A stretch of 64,000 bases of DNA, taken from the IMG/VR virus record IMGVR_UViG_3300044716_000732, positions 23,023 through 87,022 of that record; one strand, written 5' to 3'. This DNA comes from a virus. Numbering within the stretch: the stretch's first letter is position 1; every line of letters starts with the position of its first letter. The notes beneath the pieces were generated by a model, which saw only the letters and a program-made list of their open reading frames with translations, was not told where the DNA came from and searched no databases. Below are positions 18,811 to 30,146 of the stretch, piece after piece. The translations under genes and the position numbers were made by a program.

Positions 18811-19947
18811 ATGAGAAGTAAAGATCAAATATTATTGGAAAATTTATATAGTAAAATGCTTATTTCAAAAGAGGCATTTGATCCGGAAATGGGACAAACC
18901 AAACCAGTTGATTCTGAAAAATTAGTAGAATATATTAATAGAATAGTTGATAAAAAGAAAACAGGTAGAGTAGATCCTAAAACAAAAATAAAAGATTATT
19001 TACAAATGCCGCATATTCATGCATCTATTGCAAATAAAATTTTAATTAAAACACCAGAAAATGAAACAATTGATTTAGAAGCATTTAAAAATTTATTAAT
19101 ACAAAGACCCGATTCATTATTAAGACAAAATGATAAGATGAAAAAAAGTACAACTGATGATATAGAGTTTTATAACACATCTTTACCTGCATTAAAGGGA
19201 TTGGTTATAGATGAATCAACAGGAGATTTTAAAATTGTTGATACCTGTCCTTCTGCTGGTTCTTGTCAATTAGTTTGTTATGCGAAACACGGATCATATG
19301 TATTATTTCCCACCGTTTCATTATCACAAAATAAAGCATTAAATTATTTATTTAATGATTCAGAAGGATTTAAAAATCAATTAGAAGCAGAAATAAAATT
19401 AGCAGCTATTAAGAATAGAAAAAAGAAAGTTCAAATTCGTTGGAATGATTCCGGTGATTTATTGTCTCCTAAATTTTTTGGTATTGTTATGGATATAGTT
19501 AATAATACACCAATGGTAGATCATTACATATATACAAAAGAAGTTGCAATGATTAAATCATACCCCAATCCACCAGAAAATGTAATTTTTAATTTTTCAT
19601 ATGGTGCAAGAAAAGATCAAGAAAAATTAATCGATCCACAAAAAGATAAGGTTTCTTTTATAGTTAATGTTAAAGATGCAGCTAAAGAACCTATATTAAA
19701 TACTATATCAAAATTTAAATATATAGAAATTAAAGATAAAAAATGGCAATATAACAATGTAGATGCTACTAAACAAGTTATATCACAAAGATACAAAATT
19801 GATACAAAAACACTTCTAACAATAGATGAATTAAAAAATACACCACAAGGAGAAGTGGGAGAATATAACGTAATAGTATTACCCGGTGAGTCCGATCTAT
19901 CTGCATCTAGAAGAGATGTTAAAGGAACATATTTAATAATTCATTAA
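18811..19947 (+). CDS. GP88-like protein, late paralog with KDQILLE leader
   Basis: TCPSAGSCQLVCYAKHG, IRWNDSGDL, YIYTK; TAAATA at 18796. Confidence 0.75.
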   Translation: MRSKDQILLENLYSKMLISKEAFDPEMGQTKPVDSEKLVEYINRIVDKKKTGRVDPKTKIKDYLQMPHIHASIANKILIKTPENETIDLEAFKNLLIQRPDSLLRQNDKMKKSTTDDIEFYNTSLPALKGLVIDESTGDFKIVDTCPSAGSCQLVCYAKHGSYVLFPTVSLSQNKALNYLFNDSEGFKNQLEAEIKLAAIKNRKKKVQIRWNDSGDLLSPKFFGIVMDIVNNTPMVDHYIYTKEVAMIKSYPNPPENVIFNFSYGARKDQEKLIDPQKDKVSFIVNVKDAAKEPILNTISKFKYIEIKDKKWQYNNVDATKQVISQRYKIDTKTLLTIDELKNTPQGEVGEYNVIVLPGESDLSASRRDVKGTYLIIH

Positions 19948-19986
19948 TTTGATTGACATATTATTATTTTAGTATATTATACTAAT

Positions 19987-20130
19987 ATGAGCGCAGGAAA
20001 AGGTGATAAACCAAGACCAGTAAATAAAAAAAATTTTAATAAAAATTTCGATGATATTCTTTGGAAAAAAGAAAACGATAAAAAAGAAGTGAAAAATAAA
20101 AACGGAAAAAAGATTTATCTATACAAATAA
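19987..20130 (+). CDS. 47-aa conserved small phage protein
   Basis: MSAGKGDKPRPVNKKNFNKNFDDILW...; preceded by a TTGACA(19953) promoter. Confidence 0.7.
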   Translation: MSAGKGDKPRPVNKKNFNKNFDDILWKKENDKKEVKNKNGKKIYLYK

Positions 20131-20801
20131 TTCTTAAAACTTTCCAATGAAAGTATATCATCTTGTATTTCTTTATTGTGATCCATTAATCTTTTAATAT
20201 ATCCACTATTTCTTAAATTTTTAAATGTAAGATTACCAACAGAATATTCTCCTTCTTCTTTTAATCCATCGACTCTAATTTTTTTAATTTTTTTTCTTAA
20301 ATCCTTTAATACATCTATATCTCTTTTGTTATTTATAGCATCTTCTATTTCATATTGGATTCTGGAAACCAATGTTAAAACTTCATGATCATCCATTGAT
20401 CTGGTCGGTTTAATTGGTTTTATATACCATTCATCTTTTATTAAATCGTAAATAGCTTTTCCGGTTAGTTCGGTTTCTTCTGTTTTAATATTCACCTCAA
20501 CCTTATAACCTCTAATAAAAATATCGTGTTCTTTATTAAAAATTTTACTTCTAGTATCAAAATAATCCGAAACCGTATCCATACATTTTTCATCTAATAC
20601 ATCAACTATTATGTGTAAATCTATGTCACTTAAATTATTCCAAACATAAGTTGCGAGAGAACCAGTGAAAAATATATTTTTAATTTCTATAGGAGTTTCT
20701 ATATTTTTTAAAAATATTTTAGCTACATTTAAAAGTTTCTCTTTAACATCGGAATCTAATCTTTTGCTATTTTTCCAAATGTTTTCATTTAATTTATTCA
20801 T
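20115..20801 (-). CDS. Pol-beta-superfamily nucleotidyltransferase
   Basis: hTGS...SDIDLHIIVD, VEV; C-terminal GEYSVGNLTFKNLRNSG. Confidence 0.8.
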   Translation of the reverse strand: MNKLNENIWKNSKRLDSDVKEKLLNVAKIFLKNIETPIEIKNIFFTGSLATYVWNNLSDIDLHIIVDVLDEKCMDTVSDYFDTRSKIFNKEHDIFIRGYKVEVNIKTEETELTGKAIYDLIKDEWYIKPIKPTRSMDDHEVLTLVSRIQYEIEDAINNKRDIDVLKDLRKKIKKIRVDGLKEEGEYSVGNLTFKNLRNSGYIKRLMDHNKEIQDDILSLESFKNYLYR

Positions 20802-21440
20802 TTATTTGTGTTGTGATTGTAAATATTAAAAAATATTTATTCCATGAGATGAAATATATACTACTAATATTAATGATATTTTTTTTATCTCTTATTTCTA
20901 CTATAGTTTTATGTTTAGTTACATCTTTTTCAAATTTCACATTTTTAGTTTTTAATTTTTTTTTATGTTTATGTTTTGGTATTATTTTTTACAATATTGT
21001 AGTGTTCTCTGTTTGCAAAATTTTAGAAAAAAAATATGATGTTTGATAATTTAATTTTTAAAGAAAATGGTAAATTTTATATAAATTTAAACAATTCCAA
21101 TTTAGAGGTGGTTTTATATAAAGGAGATAATATAAAATTTTCTCATAATGGTCAAAAATACTTTGCTAAAGTTATAAAGATTGTTGATAATGTTTGTGAG
21201 TTGTGTATAATATAAATATGTCATTGAGAATTGATAATCCTATACCAAAAGAAGAGTTTTTATATCTAGTAGAGACTAGTGAAAAAGATAAAGATGGAAA
21301 TAACCATTTAGAAATAGCACAATATAGAAAAGAAAAATTTTGGTTTTTTGGTTGGGATAAGCCAGAAGATTTGGAAAATTTTCTTTCTTGGAAAGAACTT
21401 GTTGTTGGGATTAAAGAATAATTTTTTGTAAGTATATGAA

Positions 21441-23372
21441 ATGTCATATACTTTAAAAAACGATGTTTCTTCTGCTCCACTTAATTGTAATGTAGGTTAC
21501 AATAATAGCTGGATTCATGTTGATAATAATGCTGGTAGAGAGCTTTTTGCGCAAGCATCTTACATAACTAATTTTTCAGATATAAACATTAGTTTATCTG
21601 CCAGTGACCTAGACATAGGTTCGGTACATATATTAGATCCCGATAGCGGATTAAAAGCTGATGTTGTGCCAGTTGGAATTGGAATTGGTGCATTAAGAGT
21701 TATAAGTCAAGATTTAGAATCTTTCGAAGATGATGTAACTATTGGTGATAGATTAGGAAATTTTGCATCGGTATATGCTCCTTTAAGCGCACTTAAAGTT
21801 TATAATACAAATCCTATATCTTCTGTAGATATAACAAATATTGTTACAGTAAAGGCATCTAATACATTTCCAATATCTGGATCTGTAACCGTTTTAAATC
21901 CAGTAACTTCTGTTAATGTTTTAAATTTTCCAACACAATTAACTGCTATTAGTATTACTAATCAATTGACAGGAATAACCATTTTAAATCCAATAACATC
22001 GGTTAATGTTTTAAATTTTCCAACACAATTAAGTTCTGTTAGTATTTTAAATCCAGTAACATCGGTTAATGTTTTAAATTTTCCAACACAATTAAGTTCT
22101 GTTAGTATTACTAATCAGTTAACAGGAATAACCGTTTTAAATCCTGTTACTCAAGTTACTACATTACCACAACCAACTCAACTTGATGCATTTGGTAGAT
22201 TAAGAATATCTTCCCCTATGACTTTGTTTGATTCTTCACATCGTTACAAGGATAATAATTTATGGTCTACACTATCCGCAAATGGAGGTTCGGTTTCATT
22301 TAATGCATCACAGGGATTAATGAATTTAAACGTTACTAATACAGCAGGAGCAAGCGCAATAAGAGAAACAACAAAGGTATTTTCCTATCAACCCGGTAAA
22401 TCCTTGCTTGTCATGAATACATTTGTCATGGCTTCTTCTGCTACCAATTTAAGACAGAGGGTAGGATATTTCGGAGATCAGAATGGAATATACTTTCAGT
22501 TAGATGATGGTAATATTAGTATAGTTAAAAGATCCATTGTCACTGGTTCTATTGTAGAAAGTGTAATTTCTCGTTCTAATTGGAACGGTGATAAGCTAGA
22601 TGGAACTGGCTCTTCTGGTATAGTTTTAGATATAACCAAAGCTCAAATTTTTTGGATGGATATTGAATGGTTGGGAGTAGGAACAGTAAGAGTTGGTTTT
22701 TGTATTAACGGGCAGTTTATTGTTTGTCACTCATTCCATCATGCTAATATTATAGATTCAACTTATATTACTACAGCTTCCTTGCCTTTAAGATATGAGA
22801 TTATTAATAAAGCAGCTACAACAGGTGGATCTAAAACACTAAAACAAATATGTTCTACTGTTATTTCCGAAGGTGGTTATGAATTAAGAGGCTTACAACA
22901 AGCAGTCTCTATTCCAATAACTTCACCAAGAACGTTTGCGGTAGCTGGTACGTTTTATCCAATCATTTCAATTCGATTAAAAACAACTCCAGACAGACTC
23001 GATGCAATTATTATTTTAACTGCTTTATCAATACTTGGACAAGGAAATGGCATAAATTATAACTGGCAGGTTAAAGCAAGTGGAGTCACAACAGGAGGAG
23101 ACTGGGTTGATGCTGGGGTTGACAGTGCCGTTCAATATAATATTACAGGAACAAGCTATGCAGGAGGAAGAATTTTAGCAAGTGGATTTTTAAATGCTTC
23201 TAATCAAGCTTCTCCAAATTTGGATATTCTTAAAGAAGCTTTGTTTAAGTTTCAATTAGAACGAAACAATTTAACAAAAACTCCTTTTGAATTAACTTTG
23301 GTTGCTGCATCAGATACCACTAATGGTTCTGGTATGTTTGCTTCTATGGATTGGGAAGAAGTTAGTCGTTGA
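21441..23372 (+). CDS. Probable virion structural protein with internal tandem repeats
   Basis: Beta-rich; repeats of LNPVTSVNVLNFPTQL (21890-22160); DAFGRLRIS and EWLGVGTVR lectin-like C-domain; TAAGTA at 21429. Confidence 0.7.
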   Translation: MSYTLKNDVSSAPLNCNVGYNNSWIHVDNNAGRELFAQASYITNFSDINISLSASDLDIGSVHILDPDSGLKADVVPVGIGIGALRVISQDLESFEDDVTIGDRLGNFASVYAPLSALKVYNTNPISSVDITNIVTVKASNTFPISGSVTVLNPVTSVNVLNFPTQLTAISITNQLTGITILNPITSVNVLNFPTQLSSVSILNPVTSVNVLNFPTQLSSVSITNQLTGITVLNPVTQVTTLPQPTQLDAFGRLRISSPMTLFDSSHRYKDNNLWSTLSANGGSVSFNASQGLMNLNVTNTAGASAIRETTKVFSYQPGKSLLVMNTFVMASSATNLRQRVGYFGDQNGIYFQLDDGNISIVKRSIVTGSIVESVISRSNWNGDKLDGTGSSGIVLDITKAQIFWMDIEWLGVGTVRVGFCINGQFIVCHSFHHANIIDSTYITTASLPLRYEIINKAATTGGSKTLKQICSTVISEGGYELRGLQQAVSIPITSPRTFAVAGTFYPIISIRLKTTPDRLDAIIILTALSILGQGNGINYNWQVKASGVTTGGDWVDAGVDSAVQYNITGTSYAGGRILASGFLNASNQASPNLDILKEALFKFQLERNNLTKTPFELTLVAASDTTNGSGMFASMDWEEVSR

Positions 23373-23398
23373 TACATTAAAAAAACTAAATATAATAT

Positions 23399-24247
23399 AT
23401 GTTTAAATATATTGTAGGATTTGCTGCTTTAGTTGTTGCTGGTTGTGCTGCTTTTTTTTCAGTACAAGGACTTGCAACATTATATGCTGGACAATTTATA
23501 GCTGTTTGTGTAATGGCTGGTGGTTTAGAATTTGGTAAATTAGTTGCTGCTAGTTACTTGCATCGTTACTGGAAAGAAACTAATTTTCTATTAAAATCAT
23601 ATTTAATAATTGCTGTAATATCTTTGATGGCAATAACATCTCTTGGTATATTTGGTTTTTTAACATCTGCCTATCAAGAAAGTCATGTAAAAATTGAAAT
23701 GGTAGATTCCAAAAAACAAATGCTGGAAACTAAAAAAACATCAATTACAGAACAAATCGATGTAAACAAAAAAAGAATAGATGTTTTAAACGATATAAGA
23801 ATCTCTCAAGAACAAAGAGTTAAAGAAGCAGGGAATTATAAATTACCAAGAGAGCAAGCATATGCCGCAATAGAAAAAGCAAATTCTGAATTAAATGAAT
23901 TACAAGAAAAAAATAAAAATTATTTTTTAGAAATAAACAATATAGAAACAAATCTATTGGAATTAAAAGCAGAAGAATCTAAATCAACCGATATAGGAAC
24001 TTTGAAATTTGTTTCTGAACTTTTCAATTTAGATATTCAAACTATTGTTAAATGGTTTACTATTATAATAGTTTTAGTTTTCGATCCATTAGCGGTTTCT
24101 TTGGTTCTTGCTTATAATAATATAGTGGAAAGAAAATACAAAAAAGAAGAACCTATCGAAGAAAATAAAGAAGAAGAACCAAAACAAAAATTTAATTTGT
24201 TTAAAAGAAAAAGCACACCTCTTAATGTAAAGTATAAAGATAAATAA
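23399..24247 (+). CDS. Membrane protein with coiled-coil
   Basis: Three N-terminal TMs (LEFGKLV, TSLGIFGFLT), coiled-coil, C-terminal TM with VFDPLAV. Confidence 0.75.
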   Translation: MFKYIVGFAALVVAGCAAFFSVQGLATLYAGQFIAVCVMAGGLEFGKLVAASYLHRYWKETNFLLKSYLIIAVISLMAITSLGIFGFLTSAYQESHVKIEMVDSKKQMLETKKTSITEQIDVNKKRIDVLNDIRISQEQRVKEAGNYKLPREQAYAAIEKANSELNELQEKNKNYFLEINNIETNLLELKAEESKSTDIGTLKFVSELFNLDIQTIVKWFTIIIVLVFDPLAVSLVLAYNNIVERKYKKEEPIEENKEEEPKQKFNLFKRKSTPLNVKYKDK

Positions 24248-24447
24248 TATATCTATGCGCTATTCTTCAAACAGATCTTATAGGGATACTATAAATGAAG
24301 AAGTTGAAAAGCTAATGCAAAAAATAGATAAAAAACCAAAAAAGAAAAATTGGTTAGTTAGATTTTGGGAATGGTTGATTTGTATGTATAAAAAAATTGC
24401 GAAGAAATTATAATTTCTTCGCAATTTTTAAAACAATTTTGTAAAAA

Positions 24448-25626
24448 TTAACTTACTCTAATCGTCTTGTTCAAAGAACAAACTGTTGCTCTTTTGTTAT
24501 GAACAACAACTGTTTCCACCCCTGTTACATCTTCTGTGTAATTAACAATAGAAAAACCATTTTGCCAATTTGCACCTGATACATAAGTAGGGTTCAATTT
24601 ACAAGCACAACCATTTTCATAGTTCTTAATAATTTGATCTGGACGAGATCCAATACGAGGAATTCTTTGGCAAGTAGAACCAATTCTGTGAGTATGATTT
24701 GTGATAGTTGAAGCATATCGTTTTTCGAATGTTCCTCTCGCAGAAAATCCACCATTTTTTCTCACCACATCTCCATGAAGAACAAACAAATCATCTGGAA
24801 GCTCAACGATGGATTCTTCATCTTCATTAGAGTCAATCAATTTAATTCGTGACCAACTTTCATGTGGATGGAATACTTTCGAATATGAAAGATTGTTCGC
24901 AATAGTAGGAATACACAAGAGTTGTTTAATATCGTCACTAGAAGAGATATAACGCCACCAGCGACCTTCTACGCCATTTCCTGAATGGTTTCCATTAGTT
25001 TCTAAGATCTCTGTTTGATATGGTTCTGTAATATCATGTAAAAGCTTTAGAAATTTATGATATGCCAAAATCTCATCGTTCAAAGTATGCGTGTGACGAG
25101 GATCTTTTGAATAACGACTGATCGATAACATATCAACCGTATCACCATTTAGAATAACCTTCTGCGGTTTAAGCTCATCTACAACTTGTAGGAAAATATC
25201 TAGAGTATTCCAGCACTCTACACCAAAATGAGTGTCGCCAATAACAAGAGCTATTTTATTTGGTTCGTAGTATGTTCTCGGCCTTGGTGGTGCAGGATAT
25301 TGAACAGCTTTGATATTCATCAAAATTTCTTTGATTTTTTGCTCATCATATTTAGAAAAATTAGAAACGAACATAGAAGGATCTAATTGATCAGACTCTT
25401 GTTCGGTGATAATATCTACTCTATTATCATTCTCATCATAAGAAGATTCTTCTTCGATTATAGTAGTTTTTACTTTGGTGGTTCGTTTCCTACCAGTAAT
25501 CCAATCGAAAACGGTTGACCTTGGTACACCTAAAATTTCTGAGATTTCGGTGTTAGATTTTCCCTTTTTGTGTAGGGACAATACTTGTTCTTGTTTTGTT
25601 TGTTTTGAGTTTGTATTAATGCTCAT
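24448..25626 (-). CDS. HTH plus calcineurin-like metallophosphoesterase
   Basis: N-terminal HTH (SNTEISEILGVPRSTVFDW); GDTH, NGDTVD, GNH, LHGD, HTHR. Confidence 0.85.
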   Translation of the reverse strand: MSINTNSKQTKQEQVLSLHKKGKSNTEISEILGVPRSTVFDWITGRKRTTKVKTTIIEEESSYDENDNRVDIITEQESDQLDPSMFVSNFSKYDEQKIKEILMNIKAVQYPAPPRPRTYYEPNKIALVIGDTHFGVECWNTLDIFLQVVDELKPQKVILNGDTVDMLSISRYSKDPRHTHTLNDEILAYHKFLKLLHDITEPYQTEILETNGNHSGNGVEGRWWRYISSSDDIKQLLCIPTIANNLSYSKVFHPHESWSRIKLIDSNEDEESIVELPDDLFVLHGDVVRKNGGFSARGTFEKRYASTITNHTHRIGSTCQRIPRIGSRPDQIIKNYENGCACKLNPTYVSGANWQNGFSIVNYTEDVTGVETVVVHNKRATVCSLNKTIRVS

Positions 25627-25698
25627 CTACTTCAGATTACTACACAAAAAAAAATTGTCAAATATAATTTTTTAAAGGTAAATATTTGATACTAGAAT

Positions 25699-26070
25699 AT
25701 GCCAAATTCGATGGATAAATTTAATGAGTTTGAAAACAAACATAGAGCATTTATAAATTTAGTAATAAAACCACTATTAACATTAATTGCTTTTTTAAGT
25801 ATGGGATATTATACTATGTGGTTATCTACTAACTATGTACGTCAAGACAAATTTAGTTCATATGTAGAAAAACAAATATCATTTGATAAACAACAAGACG
25901 AATTGATGAAATCTAGATTTGATATAACACAAACAAAATTAGAAACTATAATAAATCAACAAACAATTTTTAACGAACAACTTAAAACATTTAACACTTT
26001 AACAGCATCTTATCAAAAACAAATTGATTCATTAAATGATAGAATAATATATTTGGAAAGAAAAAAATGA
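25699..26070 (+). CDS. Single-TM coiled-coil late protein
   Basis: TM LLTLIAFLSMGYYTMW, then heptad repeats; TAAATA at 25679. Confidence 0.65.
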   Translation: MPNSMDKFNEFENKHRAFINLVIKPLLTLIAFLSMGYYTMWLSTNYVRQDKFSSYVEKQISFDKQQDELMKSRFDITQTKLETIINQQTIFNEQLKTFNTLTASYQKQIDSLNDRIIYLERKK

Positions 26071-26258
26071 ACAAAATGTCTTATCGTCAAGGTATAATAA
26101 TAAAAGATATCAACAATGGGATAAAAGAAGGAGATTTGATACAGATAGTATCGGAAGATAGAGAAAATTTTTTAATCAGAAGATGTTATGCTTCACCAGT
26201 AGAAAAAGTTTCTAAAAATTTTATAAGAATTGTATAAAAGGTAAAAATATAGAGTAAG

Positions 26259-26266
26259 TATAAATA
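26259..26266 (+). promoter_or_regulatory. T4-type late promoter TATAAATA (representative)
   Basis: Exact T4 late consensus 6 nt before ATG 26273; also at 52946. TAA(A/G)TA cores at 14091, 15212, 18796, 21429, 23387, 25679, 30134, 31920, 52011 and on the minus strand before 7533, 13946, 29219, 51593. Confidence 0.75.
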
Positions 26267-26272
26267 CATACT

Positions 26273-26788
26273 ATGAAAAAAGATGATATTTTATTGAACG
26301 AAGCCTATAACAAAGTAATTGAACAACAATTAGATGAAGATTTAGGTTCTTTTTTAAAAACAGTAGGTGGCGATGTGGTTAGAGGAATTGGTGGTGCTGC
26401 AAAGAAAGCAGTTTTGGGTACACAAAAAGCATATGCTGGTGCTAAACAAGCTGGTATTGGCGCACTTGCTGGCGCACAAGGTAAAGATCCTCGTTCTTTA
26501 GCGAACTATAACAAGCAATCACAAATTAAAGGTGAACTTACAAAAAAACAAAATGAAATAGATAGTCAATACACAGCACAAAGATTGACACAATATTTAA
26601 ATAGTATGTTAACTGGTGTTGTAAGAGACGTTAAAAATTTAGGATTAGGTGTTGAAGATCTAGATGGTTTGAAGCAAGATTTATTCGCTACTTTTAAAAA
26701 ACATTTACAACAATCAGGAACAATTCAATCAGCAGGAACAGGATTGGTTCGTTCTGGAAGTAAGGGTGCAGTAAAATTAAATAAATAA
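26273..26788 (+). CDS. Gly/Ala-rich late protein with KDDILLNEAY leader
   Basis: MKKDDILLNEAYNKVIEQQLDE followed by an amphipathic Gly/Ala segment. Confidence 0.75.
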   Translation: MKKDDILLNEAYNKVIEQQLDEDLGSFLKTVGGDVVRGIGGAAKKAVLGTQKAYAGAKQAGIGALAGAQGKDPRSLANYNKQSQIKGELTKKQNEIDSQYTAQRLTQYLNSMLTGVVRDVKNLGLGVEDLDGLKQDLFATFKKHLQQSGTIQSAGTGLVRSGSKGAVKLNK

Positions 26789-26826
26789 TATTGACAAAAA
26801 AACATAGTTGTAGTTAGAATACTACT

Positions 26827-27234
26827 ATGTTTTCTAGATTAGAAGAAATTGCAAAATCTCTAATAGACGAGACTTCTTTTAAAACCAGATGTCGTCATTT
26901 TTCTTTTATTTTATACAAAAGAAAAATAATATCTATTGGTATGAATTGTAAAAAAACTCATCCAATAAATTTATTAAATCCAAAATTTTGTAAAGAGAAT
27001 GGATTAAATGTTTCCGATCAAAAACAAATATGTTCCGAATTGAATTCTATTTTGAAGTTGAAAAGAATGACAAATATAGATACCAATAAATGTATATTGG
27101 TAAATTTGAGATATGATAAAAATGGAAACTTGGCATTATCAAAACCTTGTTCATCGTGTGAAAATTTATTGAAATATCATAATTTCAAAAAAATAATATG
27201 GACTAATGATAATGGAGAATATGTTTCTCTGTAA
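26827..27234 (+). CDS. Zn-dependent cytidine/dCMP deaminase-like protein
   Basis: IISIGMN..KTHP, CSE in place of HAE, SKPCSSC. Confidence 0.7.
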   Translation: MFSRLEEIAKSLIDETSFKTRCRHFSFILYKRKIISIGMNCKKTHPINLLNPKFCKENGLNVSDQKQICSELNSILKLKRMTNIDTNKCILVNLRYDKNGNLALSKPCSSCENLLKYHNFKKIIWTNDNGEYVSL

Positions 27235-27276
27235 AAAAATTTTGACATTTTTTAAAAATGTGAGTAAATTTGTTTT

Positions 27277-28287
27277 ATGAAACTCGCATCAATTGAAATC
27301 ATAAAAAATATAAAAATTCACCCTAATGCGGATTCTTTAGAAATCGCAGAAGTTTTGGGCTGGCAGACAGTGGTAAAAAAAGGAATCCACAAAGAGGGAG
27401 ATAAGGTTGTTTTTATTACGATTGATACTATTGTTCCTCGTCGGGAATGGTCTGAATTTTTGGTAGATCAAAAAAATCCAGATAAGCCTATTAGATTAAA
27501 AAACATAAAGCTTCGTGGAGAATATAGTTCTGGTTTGGTTATTCCTTTGATTGAATTTCCTTTACAATTCGAATCTCTAGATGTTGGTGATGATGTAACA
27601 GAAATACTTGGTATTCAAAAGTATGTAAAGGAAATCCCTGCTAATCTTTCTGGTGAAACATTAGGAGATTTTCCCACAAATATCATCTCAAAAACAGATG
27701 AAGACAATGGTTTGAATGATCCCAAGTTGGTTGATGAAGTGTTTAAAGTTGATAAAGAACTTACGATAAGTCTAAAAATAGATGGATCTTCTTGTACTTT
27801 AATAGTAGAAGATGGAAAATTGATACAAGTTTGTAGTAGAAATCTTTCTAAAAAAGAAACTGAAAATTCTACATTTTGGAATGCAGCAAAAAAATTAAAT
27901 ATACCAGAAAATTGGACGGGCGTCATACAATCGGAAATGGCGGGTAATGGAATACAATGTAACAATTTAAAAATCAACGAGATAAAATTATTTGTATTTC
28001 AAATTTATACTGATAATAAATATATGACATATGATGAAATGAAGCAATTTTGTGATAATCATTTAAAATGCGATGTTGTTCCATTGATTTGTAAACTTAA
28101 AATAGAAGATACAATAAATCTTTGGACGGATCCTTTAAAGAAATTACAAGAATTGGCAGATAAACAAAAATATTCAAGCGGACTTGATGCGGAGGGAATT
28201 GTTGTAAGACCCTCTAGTTATATCAAATCTAGAAATTCTAGAAGACCATTAGGATTCAAATTGATAAACAGAAATTATAAAGATTAA
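27277..28287 (+). CDS. RNA ligase, DRB0094/Rnl2-like with N-terminal OB domain
   Basis: HPNADSLE, LRGEYSSGL, motif I KIDGSS, VCSRN, EGIVVR, FKLIN. Confidence 0.88.
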   Translation: MKLASIEIIKNIKIHPNADSLEIAEVLGWQTVVKKGIHKEGDKVVFITIDTIVPRREWSEFLVDQKNPDKPIRLKNIKLRGEYSSGLVIPLIEFPLQFESLDVGDDVTEILGIQKYVKEIPANLSGETLGDFPTNIISKTDEDNGLNDPKLVDEVFKVDKELTISLKIDGSSCTLIVEDGKLIQVCSRNLSKKETENSTFWNAAKKLNIPENWTGVIQSEMAGNGIQCNNLKINEIKLFVFQIYTDNKYMTYDEMKQFCDNHLKCDVVPLICKLKIEDTINLWTDPLKKLQELADKQKYSSGLDAEGIVVRPSSYIKSRNSRRPLGFKLINRNYKD

Positions 28288-29219
28288 TCCTTTATACATT
28301 TTTCAACTACACATCTAGAAATATTTAATTTTTTAGATATTTTATTTATTGTAATATTATTATTATATTCTTTTAAACAAAAGTCACATAACTCTTTATA
28401 TGTTTTGAATTGAAAATTAGGTATTCTTTTTAAAATTTTAGACATAGTTTGATTTTTATTTTCTCCCACATTAAATCTTTTTAATATATTACGAATAACA
28501 ACACCACTTAAATTAATTTTAGATCCAATGCTCCAAATACCCAATCCCTTTTTACTTTCTTCTAAACAAAAATTTTCAAGTTCTTCATAACTATTAAAAA
28601 TAAAATTTTTATGATGTTTTTTAATTTGTCTCCAAGAATTTTCTTTACATGTTTTTTTAGCATGTTCCCTTAATGCTTTTAATCTTTCAACACTTAATTT
28701 TCTTCCAATTGATTTTTCTCTTATTTTATTTTTTGTAATATCAGTATGTTTTTTTCCATACATTCCATTTTTAATACCTTTTCTTGCAAAAAAATTTGAA
28801 TAATTCTTCTTGAAAAATAAAATTTCTCTACTATTCATTATTCTATATTTTTGATTATCTTCTCTTTTTTTAAACATAGCATAAAATGCTTGCATAATAG
28901 AGTTATTATTCGTTATCATTCTCAATGCTAAAATTTTATGACAAATTAAATGTTCTTTCAGAGTTAAAAAAACAATGTTATTTATATCATTTTTTGAATA
29001 TTCATCTGAAATACATTTTGGTAAAATATGATGAGCTTCATAGTTATATTTTCCATATTTTTTATTGACATATTTTTTTGCTGAATATATCTTTTCATAA
29101 GAAAAAACTATTCTATTACTTGCTCTTTTTATTATTTTTTCATATATACGATAATACTTTTGTGAATTCGATAAATTTTTTATTTTTTCTAAATAAATGT
29201 TCATAAAACTACTTATCAA
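28284..29219 (-). CDS. HNH homing endonuclease with NUMOD3 motif
   Basis: EAHHILPKC...NIVFLTLKEHLICH; NGMYGKKHTDITKNKI. Confidence 0.8.
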   Translation of the reverse strand: MISSFMNIYLEKIKNLSNSQKYYRIYEKIIKRASNRIVFSYEKIYSAKKYVNKKYGKYNYEAHHILPKCISDEYSKNDINNIVFLTLKEHLICHKILALRMITNNNSIMQAFYAMFKKREDNQKYRIMNSREILFFKKNYSNFFARKGIKNGMYGKKHTDITKNKIREKSIGRKLSVERLKALREHAKKTCKENSWRQIKKHHKNFIFNSYEELENFCLEESKKGLGIWSIGSKINLSGVVIRNILKRFNVGENKNQTMSKILKRIPNFQFKTYKELCDFCLKEYNNNITINKISKKLNISRCVVEKCIKD

Positions 29220-30146
29220 ATTTAGATGTTTTTGGAATAGGTATTCAACATAATTATTGACATTTTTAAAATTTAATGTATTGTATAAAGACTAATATGT
29301 ATAAACTGGAAAGAAAAGAAAACGAAGGTGTGTGGTATGAAGTAATGCTTTCTCCATTTAAAACAAGGGAAGAAATTAAAGTATATCATGCAAAGTACAG
29401 CAAATATTATCCTAATACAAAAACAACTTATAGAGTTACAAATCTTGAAACAGGAGGAATGAAAGTAATACGATGAATGTTTTTAAAGAATTGGAAGAGG
29501 TAGGATACACTCAAGTCAAATTAAAAAATATGACCGATAATATTTTGGATGCATATAAAAAAAATCCAAAAGAATGTGAAAGACTTTTGAAAGAATTAGC
29601 AAAGATAGATCACGAATTAGAAGAATTGGATAAAGAATTTTCAAAATATCTATGAAATTTATAGAAGTAATTTTAGAAAATAGTAAACTTAAAGAAGCAA
29701 AACTATTTGCTCCTGCTAAAAAAGCTGCTAATAATCCAGAAACAGGTATTACGATTCAAAATAAATCTGCTTATCATGTTATTAAAGATTGTGCAAATAT
29801 AACAATCAAGTATCTTCCTCTTTATGTATTTGCACATTATGAATGTTTTTTTACAGAATTGTCTGGAAAATTTAAAAGAAAAGATATAGAAGAATTTGTT
29901 TCTGGTGCAGAGAAAGATATTGTTTTAAATCAACTTCTTATTCTTATATTGGAACTAAATGGTGGATTGGTAGGAGAGACTCCAAAGATTTCTGTTTCGG
30001 ATAATAGCGATTTCGAAATTAATGATCCTTATGGTGAATATGGAGTTGGGTTTGAAGAAATACCAAATAAAAATGAAAATAATAATATGTCTGTTGTAGA
30101 TAGTTTATGTAAACTTTTTGATGTGAAGTAAGATAAGTAAATTAGT

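Noticed and set aside
28284-29256. Stranded RNA-ligase gene end beside the NUMOD3-HNH gene
   Set aside because: Looked for a duplicated 3' end as at 13960 and 52864 but found none
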